A DNA stretch of 64,000 nucleotides from an uncultured Planctomycetia bacterium (GTDB lineage Bacteria; Planctomycetota; MHYJ01; WSZJ01), in contig CAZPWT010000008.1 of assembly GCA_964590435.1 (NCBI GenBank), forward strand, positions 83,880 to 147,879, written 5' to 3'. Shown piece by piece: positions 1-9,786 of the stretch (position 1 is its first letter; each line of letters begins with the position of its first letter). The notes below the pieces were generated by a model. It made no database searches. It was not told the DNA's origin and was given only the letters and a program-made list of their open reading frames with translations. The translations under genes were made by a program, and so were the position numbers.

Positions 1-105
1 ATCACCCAGCGCGTCCGGAGCTTCGCGAAGGCGCGCGCCATCCAGCGCGGCATCCAGCCGACGAGGCGGGTGAGCCCGTTGAAGCGCCGGATCTGGCGCG
101 CAATG

Positions 106-1212
106 TCAGCGTCCGAGCTCACCGCGCGCCTCCCGGGATTCGAGGTCCTTGCGCCGTTCCTCCCACTCCGGCAGCGGGATGCCCAGTTCTTTCCAACGCT
201 GGAGATGCCGCAGCAGTTCCCGGTCGTCTCCGCGTTTCTTGATGAGAATCGCCTGGTTGTGCCCGAGTTCCGGCCCACGAAATCCGGCATCCATCGCAAG
301 CGAATAGAAGGCTGCCGCCACCTTCTCTCGACCTTCCTTGTGTTCAGCCGCGCCGTACGCGAAGAACTCCTCAGGGTCGCGTGCAAAGGGCGCGTGGCGC
401 GCCTTCTCGACGAGTTCGAGGGCGCGGCGCTCATGGCCATGGACGGAGGCGGCAAAGGCGGCGGCGGCCAGGTCCCCCGCGTTCCACCGGTTGAAGACGC
501 TGACCGAGGCCAGCCCGGCGAGGGCCGCCAGGAAGGCCGCGAGCTTGAGGGGAGAAGGGCGGTCGGCGAACTGTCCGCGCTGGAACCCGCCGAGCGCCGG
601 AAGTACGGCGGCGGAAATGGCCCAGCCGCCGAACAGACCTCCGAGGTGCGCCGCATTCGAAATGCCGGGCCCGCCGGCCGCGGCCGTCACCTGGTTGATT
701 CCGAGTCCCAGGAAGATGTTGATCAGGACCCAGGTGACCAGCTGCTTCGACCCGGGATCCCGCATCACGGCCTTGAACGACCCCAGTTTCACGCGCTCGA
801 ACCGGATGTAGCAGCCGACGACCCCGAAGATCGCCCCCGACGCCCCGACGCTGCCCCGGTCGAAGATCATGCTGGCGAGCGAGGCCGCAATCCCGGCGCC
901 GAAGTAGATCGCGGCGAACCGCGCGGAACCGATGTTCCTCTCGAGAAGCGGGCAGAGCTGCCAGAGCGCGTACATGTTGAGCGCCACGTGCAGCAGGCTT
1001 CCGTGCATGAAGATCGACGTGACCGGCCGCCAGTACTCCCCGAGTACGAAGGCCATCGACCGGTTCGCGGCCCAGTCCTTCAGCGCGGCCCCTCTTCCGT
1101 CGGGCATCGCAAAATCGGTGGCAACGAACAGGACCAGGCATGCGCCGAGCAGCCCGATCGAAACCGGGAACGCCTCGAGCGGCGAGCGACCCTGCCAGCG
1201 CTCGAACCTCAT
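106..1212 (-). CDS. Rhomboid family intramembrane serine protease with C-terminal soluble extension
   Basis: Motifs HGSLLHVALNMYALW, GASGAIFG and AHLGGLFGG typical of rhomboid/GlpG; start placed at internal ATG (1210-1212) that overlaps upstream stop by 4 bp; the longer ORF to 1608 is an Arg-rich upstream extension. Confidence 0.8.
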   Translation of the reverse strand: MRFERWQGRSPLEAFPVSIGLLGACLVLFVATDFAMPDGRGAALKDWAANRSMAFVLGEYWRPVTSIFMHGSLLHVALNMYALWQLCPLLERNIGSARFAAIYFGAGIAASLASMIFDRGSVGASGAIFGVVGCYIRFERVKLGSFKAVMRDPGSKQLVTWVLINIFLGLGINQVTAAAGGPGISNAAHLGGLFGGWAISAAVLPALGGFQRGQFADRPSPLKLAAFLAALAGLASVSVFNRWNAGDLAAAAFAASVHGHERRALELVEKARHAPFARDPEEFFAYGAAEHKEGREKVAAAFYSLAMDAGFRGPELGHNQAILIKKRGDDRELLRHLQRWKELGIPLPEWEERRKDLESREARGELGR

Positions 1213-1631
1213 GCCGGCGCCGCCGAAAGCACCAGCTCTCCCTCGGCCGCCACCACGCCGCCGGCCAGCACCCGCACCGCGACCTTGCAGAGCGCGCCGA
1301 AGACGCCGGCGACCGTGATCTCGAAGACGACGTCGACGGGCGGCAGGACCGGCACCTTCAAGCGGAACTTCGAGACGTCCGCCAGGAACCCGCCGCCGCC
1401 CTTCCCTTTCGCGGCCAGCAGCACGATCGCCGCGGACTGCGCCGCGCCCTCGATCAGCGCGACCCCGGGAACCACCGGATTGCCCGGGAAATGCCCGGTG
1501 AGCCACGCGTCGCCTCGCTCGAACCGCTTCAGCCCCCGCCCTTTTACTCCAGGCTCGTCGACCTCGACGGCGTCGACCGTCAGGATCGGGGGCCTGTGGG
1601 GGATCCACGCAGAGGGATCGTCGATGCGCAT
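1209..1631 (-). CDS. FabZ/FabA-like 3-hydroxyacyl-ACP dehydratase (hotdog fold)
   Basis: GHFPGNPVVPGVALIEGAAQ matches the FabZ active-site region; stop overlaps rhomboid start (ATGA). Confidence 0.7.
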   Translation of the reverse strand: MRIDDPSAWIPHRPPILTVDAVEVDEPGVKGRGLKRFERGDAWLTGHFPGNPVVPGVALIEGAAQSAAIVLLAAKGKGGGGFLADVSKFRLKVPVLPPVDVVFEITVAGVFGALCKVAVRVLAGGVVAAEGELVLSAAPA

Positions 1632-1655
1632 CGCCGGCGCATTCTACCCGTCGCC

Positions 1656-1916
1656 CTACAGCGCGGCGCGCTTCTCCCGGACGAACTCCGCCAGCGCGTT
1701 GACGCTCGCGAACGCCTTCTTGCCGACCTCGGCGTCGGCGATGCGGATGCCGTAGAGGCGCTCGATGCCGACGACGAGCTCCAGCGCGTCGATCGAGTCG
1801 AGGCCGAGCCCTTCGCCGAACAGCGGCGCGGCGGGATCGATCGCCGCGGGCGCGAGGTCCAGCTTGAGCCGCGTGATGATCAGGTTCTTCAGGTCCGCGA
1901 TCATGTCTTCAGCCAT
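1656..1916 (-). CDS. Acyl carrier protein
   Basis: 86 aa with LGLDSIDALELV phosphopantetheine-attachment motif. Confidence 0.8.
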   Translation of the reverse strand: MAEDMIADLKNLIITRLKLDLAPAAIDPAAPLFGEGLGLDSIDALELVVGIERLYGIRIADAEVGKKAFASVNALAEFVREKRAAL

Positions 1917-1962
1917 GGGGCGGGGAGTGGACCAAACGAACGGGGGGGAGTCAATGAAGGGG

Positions 1963-3054
1963 TCACTCGCCGAACGGCAGCGCGGCGGGGGCGCGGCCGA
2001 AGGCTTCGCTGAAATCGAGCGCGCCGGCGGTGGCGCCGGGGGGAAGGGCGATGCGGGCCTCGACTTTTTCGCCGGGGCGGATGTGACCGAGGGCGGCGAC
2101 GCGGCCGTCCGCGGCGGCGTCGGCGCTGGCCACGATCGCGGCGACCTGCCAGGCGTCGCCTTCGCCGCGGTTCAGGACGGTGAGGACGAGGGTCGAGCCG
2201 GAGACGCGCGCCGTCGCCGCGAGGTCCGGCGCCGCGCCACCCGAGGGGGCGCGCCAGTCGACGCGGGTCCCGTCGGGGCCGTTGAGGACCGCGCCGGGGA
2301 CGACTTTCGCCGCGGCGGTCTTGCCGCCGGCCGCGGTCTCGAACACGAGGTCGGCGCCGCTCCCCCGGGTCCACGCGACGAGTTCGCGCAACGAAGCGAG
2401 CGCCGTGCCGTCGGCGCCGCACGAAAGCCGGGCGACCGCTTCCCCGCGCCCCGAAAGCCGGACGACGACCTCGGCGCCGGCCAGCGGGCCGTCGCGGGCG
2501 AGCGCCTCGTCGCGCTCCGCCGTCGACTCGCCAGCATCGTGCTGTTCCGCGACGTAATCGCACGGCCCGTTCCAGTCGTGCCCCGCGATCCACCACGGGA
2601 TGAACGTGACCACGTCGACCGCGAGCGGCACGACCCCCAGCGCGATGAACGCCAGCACGATCGGGTCGTCGATGCTCCCGTCGTAGTGCGTGAACAGGAA
2701 CGCCCCCACGAACGACAACGCCACCCACACGTCGTCGCAGACCGCCCAGAACGAGTCCGGCGCCTCGAAAATCCCCGCCACCGCCCGCCGCGCGCACCGC
2801 TCCTCGATCCGCACCCGCTCCCTCACCCGCTCATGCCGCGTCCCCGTCTCGTGCCCCGTCGCCACCAGCCGCACCCCCTCCGGCCGCGGCTCCGCCTCGA
2901 GCGCCACCGCCTCCGGCGCGTTCCACGACTCCGAGAGCGTCTCCCGCTCCAACACCTCGTGGTGCTCCAGCGTCACCCGCTCGCACGAATGCGCCATCAC
3001 CCGGCACCCCGCCAGCGGCGCGCACAGCACCGTCACAAGGAGCAGTCGCTTCAT
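1963..3054 (-). CDS. Hypothetical lipoprotein / membrane protein
   Basis: MKRLLLVTVLCAPLAGC lipobox followed by two hydrophobic helices; start chosen at the signal-peptide Met inside ORF 1963..3117. Confidence 0.5.
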   Translation of the reverse strand: MKRLLLVTVLCAPLAGCRVMAHSCERVTLEHHEVLERETLSESWNAPEAVALEAEPRPEGVRLVATGHETGTRHERVRERVRIEERCARRAVAGIFEAPDSFWAVCDDVWVALSFVGAFLFTHYDGSIDDPIVLAFIALGVVPLAVDVVTFIPWWIAGHDWNGPCDYVAEQHDAGESTAERDEALARDGPLAGAEVVVRLSGRGEAVARLSCGADGTALASLRELVAWTRGSGADLVFETAAGGKTAAAKVVPGAVLNGPDGTRVDWRAPSGGAAPDLAATARVSGSTLVLTVLNRGEGDAWQVAAIVASADAAADGRVAALGHIRPGEKVEARIALPPGATAGALDFSEAFGRAPAALPFGE

Positions 3055-3144
3055 CCCGGTCACAATAACAGGTTCCCCCACCCGTTTCCCCGCCTCACCT
3101 CGACCCTTCCCCTCCACGCCCTCCCTCTCTTATCCTCCCCACCC

Positions 3145-3891
3145 ATGCGCCGCGTCCTCACCATCGGGCTCTTCCTCGTCGCCGCCGCTGCGCTCTTCAT
3201 CACCGCCGCCTACGTCCTCGAGAGCTTCCGCCAGAAGGGCGACGTCCTGCTCAAGCCGCGCGAGAAGCCGGGGATGAAGTTCGCGGTGAATGAGACGCTC
3301 ACGCACGGCGACAAGACCGAGGCCCGCCGCTGGTCCGCCGATTACATGGACGAGATCGTCAACGTCGCGGGCGGCGTCCCCTCCGGCGTACGCCGCACTT
3401 ACGTCTCCTTCGAGATGGACGCCTCCGGCCCCCCGCGCCCCACCCCGCTCTCCTCCGTCGTCCTCCTCGACTCCCACGGCGCCCGCCTCGAAACCAGCGG
3501 CCAGCCCTTCACCACGGCCCCCACCTCCTGGCCCGACCCGTTCTACGGCGCCCTCCCCGACAAGCCCGTCCACCATTTCTCCGAGTGGGAAGCGCCCCAG
3601 GCGCAGGCCGTCGCTCTCGCCTCGCTGCTCGCCCGCGCCCCCGCCACCTCCGCCCGGCTCCTCTCGAAGCTGGAGCCCGACGACGTGAAGCTCGACGAGT
3701 TCGAGTGCTGGCGCATCCGCGCCGGGCTCGAGGCCAGGCTCGAGGACGGCCGCACGCTCAAGGTCGTCGGCGACCTCTTCCTCGACAAGAAGTCCGGCCG
3801 CCTGCTCGACATGGAATGGCGCGGGTGGTTCGACTCGGAAAAGGGCGAGGAGCGCGTCGGCTACATCCGCCAGCGCCGCCCGCGCAAGTAG
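3145..3891 (+). CDS. Hypothetical membrane-anchored protein
   Basis: Start at ATG 3145 (MRRVLTIGLFLVAAAALFITAAYVL, N-terminal TM anchor); upstream part of ORF 1765..3891 is Arg/Pro-rich with no protein-like character. Confidence 0.5.
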   Translation: MRRVLTIGLFLVAAAALFITAAYVLESFRQKGDVLLKPREKPGMKFAVNETLTHGDKTEARRWSADYMDEIVNVAGGVPSGVRRTYVSFEMDASGPPRPTPLSSVVLLDSHGARLETSGQPFTTAPTSWPDPFYGALPDKPVHHFSEWEAPQAQAVALASLLARAPATSARLLSKLEPDDVKLDEFECWRIRAGLEARLEDGRTLKVVGDLFLDKKSGRLLDMEWRGWFDSEKGEERVGYIRQRRPRK

Positions 3892-3963
3892 CCCTTCGGA
3901 ATCCCCGCCCCCTCCCGTAATATTCCGCCCCTTCCAAAACCACCACTCTTCTCAGGAGGTTCC

Positions 3964-4872
3964 ATGCGCCGTTTCGCCATCGCCGCGCTCGTCGCGGCGC
4001 TTGCCCTTCCCGTTCTCGCCGACCCGGTCGAGATCAAGATGGGGCAGAAGCAGGGGGACAAGATCACGCGGACGACGGAGTTCGGCGGTGAGGGAACGCT
4101 GACGATCGGGAAGGGCGAGGGGGCGCAGGAGCTCCCGTGCGGGATGAACGACGCCGAGGTCGTGGCGGAGGAGGTGCTGGAAGCGAAGGACGGGAAGCCG
4201 GTGAAGATCAAGAAGTACTACACGGTGAACCGGAACGCCTTCACGATCGAGGCGGCGGGAGTGAACCAGGTGAAGAGGAACTCGCTGGTCGGGCACATCG
4301 TGACGGTGGAGATGAAGGATGGGAAGCCGGTCGCGACGTGCGAGGCGGGGACGGAGAAGGAGCTGAAGAAGGAGAAGATGGGGGAGGAAATCGACGAGGC
4401 GCTGATCCCGGGCAAGCCGGTGAACGTCGGCGACACGTGGGAAGGCGACCCGGCGCAGGTGAAGAAGGCGTTCGCGCCGGACGACGGCGAGGTCGAGGAA
4501 GCCTCAGTGACGTGCAAGCTGGAGGCGGTCGAGGAGAAGTTCGGGCAGAAGTGCGCGAAGGTGACGGTGAAGATCTCGATGAAGGCGACGGGGAAGGACG
4601 ACGCGGGACAGAAGACCAAGACGAAGATCACGCTGGAGGGCCCGGTGTGGTTCGGGCTGACGGCGGGGCGGTCGCTAGGGATGGAGCTGGAGGGCAAGCT
4701 GCAGGTGAACGGCAGCCTGCCGAATGGCCAGCCGATGAAGATGGACATCGACCTGAAGGCGAAGGGGGAATCGAAGCCGGGCGTGGCGGACTTCGAGGCG
4801 AAGGCGGAGGAGGGCGACGAAGAGGAAGGCGAAGGGGACGAGGGCGAGGAAGAAGAAGGCGGCATGAAGTAG
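3964..4872 (+). CDS. Secreted hypothetical protein with acidic Glu/Asp-rich C-terminus (paralog A)
   Basis: Signal peptide MRRFAIAALVAALALPVLA; clear sequence similarity to the next ORF. Confidence 0.6.
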   Translation: MRRFAIAALVAALALPVLADPVEIKMGQKQGDKITRTTEFGGEGTLTIGKGEGAQELPCGMNDAEVVAEEVLEAKDGKPVKIKKYYTVNRNAFTIEAAGVNQVKRNSLVGHIVTVEMKDGKPVATCEAGTEKELKKEKMGEEIDEALIPGKPVNVGDTWEGDPAQVKKAFAPDDGEVEEASVTCKLEAVEEKFGQKCAKVTVKISMKATGKDDAGQKTKTKITLEGPVWFGLTAGRSLGMELEGKLQVNGSLPNGQPMKMDIDLKAKGESKPGVADFEAKAEEGDEEEGEGDEGEEEEGGMK

Positions 4873-4951
4873 CGGATGCGGTTGATCCCAAGCGCGGGGG
4901 CGGCGACGCCTCCGCGCTTTTTTCGTTTCCGGGCCGCGCGGCGACTACACT

Positions 4952-5851
4952 TTGCGGATGCGCGCTTCCCTCCCCGCGGCCCTGATCCTGCTGGCGGCCT
5001 CGTTCTGCGCCGCCGAGGACGCCGCGACGATCGAGATCAGGCCGGGCGTGCAGGCTGGTGCGAAGATCACGCGGACGATGCGGACCTCGGGGAAAGGGAC
5101 GATCACCGTCGAGGCCGGCGGCGACCCGAAGGAGTTCGAGTGCCGGATGGACGGGGTCGAGGAGGTCGCGGAGGAGGCGCTCGAGGCGAAGGACGGGCGC
5201 GCTTCCAAGGTGAAACGCCGCTACGACCGCAAGGAGTCGACGTTCGAGGTGCCGGCGGTCGGGAAGAAGGAAGAGAAGGCGAGCAGCCTGCCGGGGCTGG
5301 TGCTGACGCTCGAGCGCAAGGACGGGAAGACGTCGGCGACGTGCGCGGAGAAGAACGTCGAGCCGAAGGAGCTGGCGTCCGAGACGCTGGACGACGAATG
5401 GAGCGTGCCGCTGTCGCCGAAAGGGCCGGTGGCGAAGGGCGACGAGTGGAAGCCGGACGCCGCGGCCGTGAAGGCCTGGGCCTCGGCGCGCGGCCGGAAA
5501 GTCGAGGAGGCGGCGCTGTCGTGCCGGCTGGCGGAAATCGAAACGCGCGGCGGCCGGAAGTGCGCGCGGATCGAGGTCGATTTCGCCGCGAAAGGGACGA
5601 CGAAACCCGGGGAGAAGCAGCCGGAGCAGAAGCTCGCGTGGACGCTCAAGGGCGACGTCTGGTGGAGCCTCGACGACGCGCGGGTCGTGGCGTTCGAGCT
5701 GAAGGGCGACCTGACGCTCGAGTGGGACGTGCCGGCGGCCGCGGGGAAAGCGGCGGAGCACTGGAAGAGCGCGATGAAGATTGAGCTGGGGGGCGAGGGC
5801 AAGCCGGGAGAGGCGAAGTTCGGGGCGGAGCCGGCGGGGAACGGGAAATAG
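4952..5851 (+). CDS. Secreted hypothetical protein (paralog B of 3964..4872)
   Basis: Signal peptide; shared blocks with paralog A (KITRT, EAKDG, conserved Cys positions). Confidence 0.6.
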   Translation: MRMRASLPAALILLAASFCAAEDAATIEIRPGVQAGAKITRTMRTSGKGTITVEAGGDPKEFECRMDGVEEVAEEALEAKDGRASKVKRRYDRKESTFEVPAVGKKEEKASSLPGLVLTLERKDGKTSATCAEKNVEPKELASETLDDEWSVPLSPKGPVAKGDEWKPDAAAVKAWASARGRKVEEAALSCRLAEIETRGGRKCARIEVDFAAKGTTKPGEKQPEQKLAWTLKGDVWWSLDDARVVAFELKGDLTLEWDVPAAAGKAAEHWKSAMKIELGGEGKPGEAKFGAEPAGNGK

Positions 5852-6373
5852 TCAGCGAGAGCTCCGCCCAGACTTGGCCGGTGGGGTGCCAGTCCACCAC
5901 CGTGCACAAGCAGTCACCTCGTCATAGATTTCGGCGATCGACTTCCCCGAGCGGTCGTCCAACCACTCGCGCCACGGCTTGTCCGGACCGCCCGGCTTCT
6001 GGTTGAGATCGAAGAATCCGAATAGCTCCTGCAACACCTCGTGACACCGCGAACGCACGGAGCATGGATGCGTCTGGCCAGGCATTTCCGAGGAGAAAGA
6101 TGAGGCCTCTGGGTCGCAGATCCTGAGATCCTCAAGCGAGTCAACCATTGCGAGCACAACGGCCGGATCTTCTGTTCGTTCGAAGCGTTCGAAAATCTCT
6201 CTCCGGCTCTCAAGACTTCGCGTTCCGTCCGTCGACGCATCAATTTCCATCCGGGCCATCCAGTACGCCTGCTCGTCGACGGGATGCCCGGGCCAGTGAT
6301 CGGAACCCGGAGCTGTCGCGCAACCTGTTACCGCGGACAGCATGAGAGAGAGCATCGAACAGCGCCTCTTCAT
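5852..6373 (-). CDS. Hypothetical lipoprotein
   Basis: MKRRCSMLSLMLSAVTGC lipobox; ATG overlaps malQ stop (ATGA); longer ORF 5852..7450 is an out-of-frame overlap with malQ. Confidence 0.55.
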   Translation of the reverse strand: MKRRCSMLSLMLSAVTGCATAPGSDHWPGHPVDEQAYWMARMEIDASTDGTRSLESRREIFERFERTEDPAVVLAMVDSLEDLRICDPEASSFSSEMPGQTHPCSVRSRCHEVLQELFGFFDLNQKPGGPDKPWREWLDDRSGKSIAEIYDEVTACARWWTGTPPAKSGRSSR

Positions 6374-7860
6374 CGTCCCGGGTCCCTTCCGCACTCCTCC
6401 GTCACCGCCCTCAACCCCGCCAGCCTCTCCCCCACCGGGTGCTTCCCCGTGAACCGCCACCGCCAGTTTCCTTTCGCCAGCCCCGGCGTGTTCATCCGCG
6501 CTTCGCTCCCGAGGATCAGCACGTCCTGCAGCGGCGCGATCGCCAGCGCGGCGACGCTCGACCACGCGAGCTTGATGAACCTCCACGCCACGTCGCTCCC
6601 GTCGAACTTCAGGTAGAGCCTCACGGGGTGCCGTTCGACGTCGGGGAGCGCTTCCCACCACCCCGTCGTCGTGTCGTTGTCGTGGGTGCCGGTGTAGACG
6701 GCGGTGTTGGGGTCGTAATTCTCCGGGAGGAACGGGTTCTTCGGGTCGCCGTCGAAGGCGAACTGGAGGACGCGCATGCCGGGGAGGCCGACCTGCTCGC
6801 GGAGGTGGCGCACGGAGTCCGTGATGATCCCCAGGTCCTCCGCGAGGAACGGCAGCCCGCCCAGGGCTTTGCGGAGGGCCTCGAAGAACGGCGCTCGCGG
6901 CCCGGGCACCCACTTCCCTTCCTTCGCGGATTTCGCGCCGGCGGGGACGTGCCATGCGTCCTGGAAGCCGCGGAAGTGGTCGATGCGGGTGAGGTCGAAG
7001 AGGCGCGCGGCGTGCTTCGCGCGGCGGATCCACCAGTCGTAGCCGGTGCGGCGGAGGGCATCCCAGTCGTAGAGCGGGTTCCCCCAGAGCTGGCCGTCCT
7101 TGGCGAAGTAGTCCGGCGGGACGCCGGCGACGACGGTCGAGCGGCGGTTCGCGTCGAAAAGAAAAACATCGGTCGCGGACCAGGCTTCGCAGGAGTCCCC
7201 CGCGACGAAGATCGGCATGTCCCCCAGCAGCCGGACGCCCCGCGCCGCGGCGTACGCCCGCAACGCCGCCCACTGCCGGAACCACAGGAACTGCCGGAAC
7301 CGGTGCTCGTCGACCGCGGCCGCCAGTTCCTTCCGGGACCGCTCCAGCGCCGCCGGCTTCCGCAGCCGCAGCTCCTCGGGCCACTTCGTCCACGACTCGC
7401 CACCCCGCGCGTCCTTGATCGCCGCGTAGAGCGCCCAGTCGTCGAGCCACGAGGCTTCTTCCTTCGCGAACCGCTCCACCTCGACGCGCAACCGCGAGCC
7501 GCCCCTGAAATTCGCCCAGGCTTTGCGGAGAAGCGCTTCCCGTGCCGGACGGGCCGCGTCGTAGTCGGCGACGCCGTCGTCGAAGGAGCGCGCCGGGAGG
7601 TCGGCGGGGGCAAGAAGGCCATCGGCAACGAGATCCTCGGGGCTGACCAGCAGCGTCTCCCCCGCGAACGTCGAGTAGGCGGCGTAGGGCGAGTCACCCG
7701 CACCGAACGGTCCGACAGGGAGCATCTGCCACCAGGTCTGCCGCGCGGCGGCCAGCGCGTCGATCCACGAGCGTGCGGCGGGGCCGAGGTCGCCGACGCC
7801 GAAGCGCGACGGGAGCGAGGTGACGGAGAGGAGGAGGCCGGAGGAGCGTGGGAGGGGCAT
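6370..7860 (-). CDS. malQ: 4-alpha-glucanotransferase (amylomaltase)
   Basis: Motifs SGLLLSVTSLPS, MPIFVAGDS, NPFLPENY, YTGTHDNDT; start placed at internal ATG (ORF extends to 7947). Confidence 0.85.
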   Translation of the reverse strand: MPLPRSSGLLLSVTSLPSRFGVGDLGPAARSWIDALAAARQTWWQMLPVGPFGAGDSPYAAYSTFAGETLLVSPEDLVADGLLAPADLPARSFDDGVADYDAARPAREALLRKAWANFRGGSRLRVEVERFAKEEASWLDDWALYAAIKDARGGESWTKWPEELRLRKPAALERSRKELAAAVDEHRFRQFLWFRQWAALRAYAAARGVRLLGDMPIFVAGDSCEAWSATDVFLFDANRRSTVVAGVPPDYFAKDGQLWGNPLYDWDALRRTGYDWWIRRAKHAARLFDLTRIDHFRGFQDAWHVPAGAKSAKEGKWVPGPRAPFFEALRKALGGLPFLAEDLGIITDSVRHLREQVGLPGMRVLQFAFDGDPKNPFLPENYDPNTAVYTGTHDNDTTTGWWEALPDVERHPVRLYLKFDGSDVAWRFIKLAWSSVAALAIAPLQDVLILGSEARMNTPGLAKGNWRWRFTGKHPVGERLAGLRAVTEECGRDPGR

Positions 7861-8085
7861 GGCGTGGAAGTGTAGCAGCGCGGCGGGCAGTGTGGCGCAG
7901 TAGCCCTCGGCCTGGGAGAAGGCCGTGTTCAGGCCGTTTGCCTCCAACGAAAAACGGCATGAACACGGAAAGCACAGAGGGACGGAAAGACACGGAACGG
8001 TCAGTCTTAGGATAGAAGCGGATGGGATGGACTTCCGGCAGGTAGGCAGGAGACCTCGCAGGCCTGAGGCAAGTTACGGCCGCGC

Positions 8086-8430
8086 CTACGACCCGGCGGC
8101 GAACGATTCCCCTGAAGCGAGGCGCTTGACCACGGCGTTTGCGCAGATCTGGTACTGCGAAAACGCGGGTGTGTCGTCCTCAACGTACGCGATTTCGGCG
8201 ACATGCCACTCCGTCCCGCACTCGCGATTCGCAGCCTCGACTCCTGCCATGACCGCAATCTGCAGCTGAGCCTCGTCTATCGGATTGTGTCTGCCGGGAT
8301 GGACAGGCGGCAGCTTCACGATCATCACCCCGAACGCAGGCTGCTTGCTCAGGCGAAGCCCAAGGAGGTTGTGCGTCGGCCCGGTGATCCTCGAAACCTG
8401 GAAACGACCGTCAACGATGCTGAAAGTCAT
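8086..8430 (-). CDS. Hypothetical protein
   Basis: 114-aa ORF in a lower-GC patch, 4-bp overlap with upstream gene; no recognisable motif. Confidence 0.4.
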   Translation of the reverse strand: MTFSIVDGRFQVSRITGPTHNLLGLRLSKQPAFGVMIVKLPPVHPGRHNPIDEAQLQIAVMAGVEAANRECGTEWHVAEIAYVEDDTPAFSQYQICANAVVKRLASGESFAAGS

Positions 8431-8786
8431 CGGTCCTCCTGGGTCAGCTCCACCGCCCTCCCGTCCGGATCGCGCAACAGCGCCCTCAAGCCGTTCGGGC
8501 CGCTGTTGGGCTTATTCTCGACGCGCCAGCCCGAGTTCATCGCCGCATTGCAGCAGACCACGACGTCCGGCACGGCGAACCCGAGGCGCGTCGTTGCGTC
8601 CGCAACCTTGCCCTCGGGCAGCGGATGGATCTCCAGCGCCGCCTCACCGGCCTCCGCCGCGAGGTACGCCGGCCCCTTCCCCTTCTGTTCCTCTTCGAAA
8701 TCGAACCCGAGGCACTCGTAGAAATCCCGCAGGTCCTCGAGCTTGTGGGTCTTCAGCACGATCTTCGCGAATTCGGGCATCGTCAC
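8427..8786 (-). CDS. Glyoxalase/bleomycin-resistance (VOC) family protein
   Basis: Small VOC-like protein (EIHPLPEGK..GFAVPDV); overlaps downstream ORF by 4 bp. Confidence 0.55.
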   Translation of the reverse strand: MTMPEFAKIVLKTHKLEDLRDFYECLGFDFEEEQKGKGPAYLAAEAGEAALEIHPLPEGKVADATTRLGFAVPDVVVCCNAAMNSGWRVENKPNSGPNGLRALLRDPDGRAVELTQEDR

Positions 8787-9089
8787 TCCCTGAGGATCTC
8801 ATGGAAACGCTCGCGCCTCTATCTCGCCGTGATGCCCAGGTGGCGGAAATACCCAGTGAGACAGTCACGGGCGAGTTGCGATCTGGTGACCCCCCTGGGC
8901 TCGCGCCGTGCGGTCCAGCAACTTCAGGAGTGAGTCCGGAATCTGCGCCGAAACTGACTTCATTGGTCGCCGCTTCGCGGTCTTTGCTAGTCGCATTCCG
9001 CGATTCTATGCCAAGCGGAACACGACTTCGCGATTGACCATGCTTCCTGGCACGCCGCGCGCCGCCATGCAGCGACCCTTTCGGCTGAA

Positions 9090-9779
9090 GTGCTTACAAT
9101 GCCGGTCGAAATGGAACTCCGCGAACTGCGAGAGAAACTGGCCGACGCAAGAGCTCGCCTCGAATCGATCCTGCGACGCATGGCGTACTCGAGAGTCGAG
9201 CAAGCAGAGTACGACCGTGCGGCGGGCGAAGTTCATGAACTCGAACGGTCGCTCGCCCGGGTACTCGGCGAAGAGTTTGCGACGACGATCGACTTTCCCG
9301 TGGAGTGGGATCGAGGCGCGCCGCTGCCTCACGTCATCGCCGCCGAAGGCCGGACATTCCTGATATTCCTCGTCTCGGAGCCGGATCCGAACTGGGACGG
9401 CACCTACGTCAACGTGAAGGATCCCGCCGACCACCAAATCGAGCCTTACGCACTGGTGGAGTTCCTCCAGTGCACCTCGATGAAGCTGGGTTCACCCAAC
9501 GACGAAGTGTTTGCGGGGCACCCCCTCCGTGACCGCGGCATGGAACCCTACTGCGCGCAGGAGGTTCTGAATTCAAGATGGATTGCGGAGATCGAAGCGA
9601 TCAACCGGGTGCACGCCGGGTACAACCCCGCGCGCTGGAAAGACCTGAAGCACTACATCTTCTGGTTCCATGACTCCACGTTCGAATGCATCGCCGAAGG
9701 TTTTCGCGTGGAGACATTCCGAGAGTCGATGGCCGAGGTAGTCGCTCGCGCGTGCGATCGACTGATCGACAGGTCCTGA
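9090..9779 (+). CDS. Hypothetical protein
   Basis: 229-aa ORF with protein-like composition in a lower-GC region; no recognised domain. Confidence 0.45.
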   Translation: MLTMPVEMELRELREKLADARARLESILRRMAYSRVEQAEYDRAAGEVHELERSLARVLGEEFATTIDFPVEWDRGAPLPHVIAAEGRTFLIFLVSEPDPNWDGTYVNVKDPADHQIEPYALVEFLQCTSMKLGSPNDEVFAGHPLRDRGMEPYCAQEVLNSRWIAEIEAINRVHAGYNPARWKDLKHYIFWFHDSTFECIAEGFRVETFRESMAEVVARACDRLIDRS

Positions 9780-9786
9780 GTCGCTC

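Noticed and set aside
70-1755. Long plus-strand ORF (561 aa) and many similar long ORFs across the window (for example 1901..2797, 16777..18795, 19680..22058, 22178..25171, 30194..33124, 34842..36893, 37786..39549, 39742..43149, 61066..63057)
   Set aside because: Arg/Pro/Gly/Ala-rich low-complexity translations lying antisense to or out of frame with genes that have clear family motifs; this is the usual stop-codon-poor artefact of high-GC DNA.
1765-3144. Upstream extension of ORF 1765..3891
   Set aside because: Arg-rich and overlaps the ACP and lipoprotein genes on the other strand; the credible protein begins at ATG 3145.
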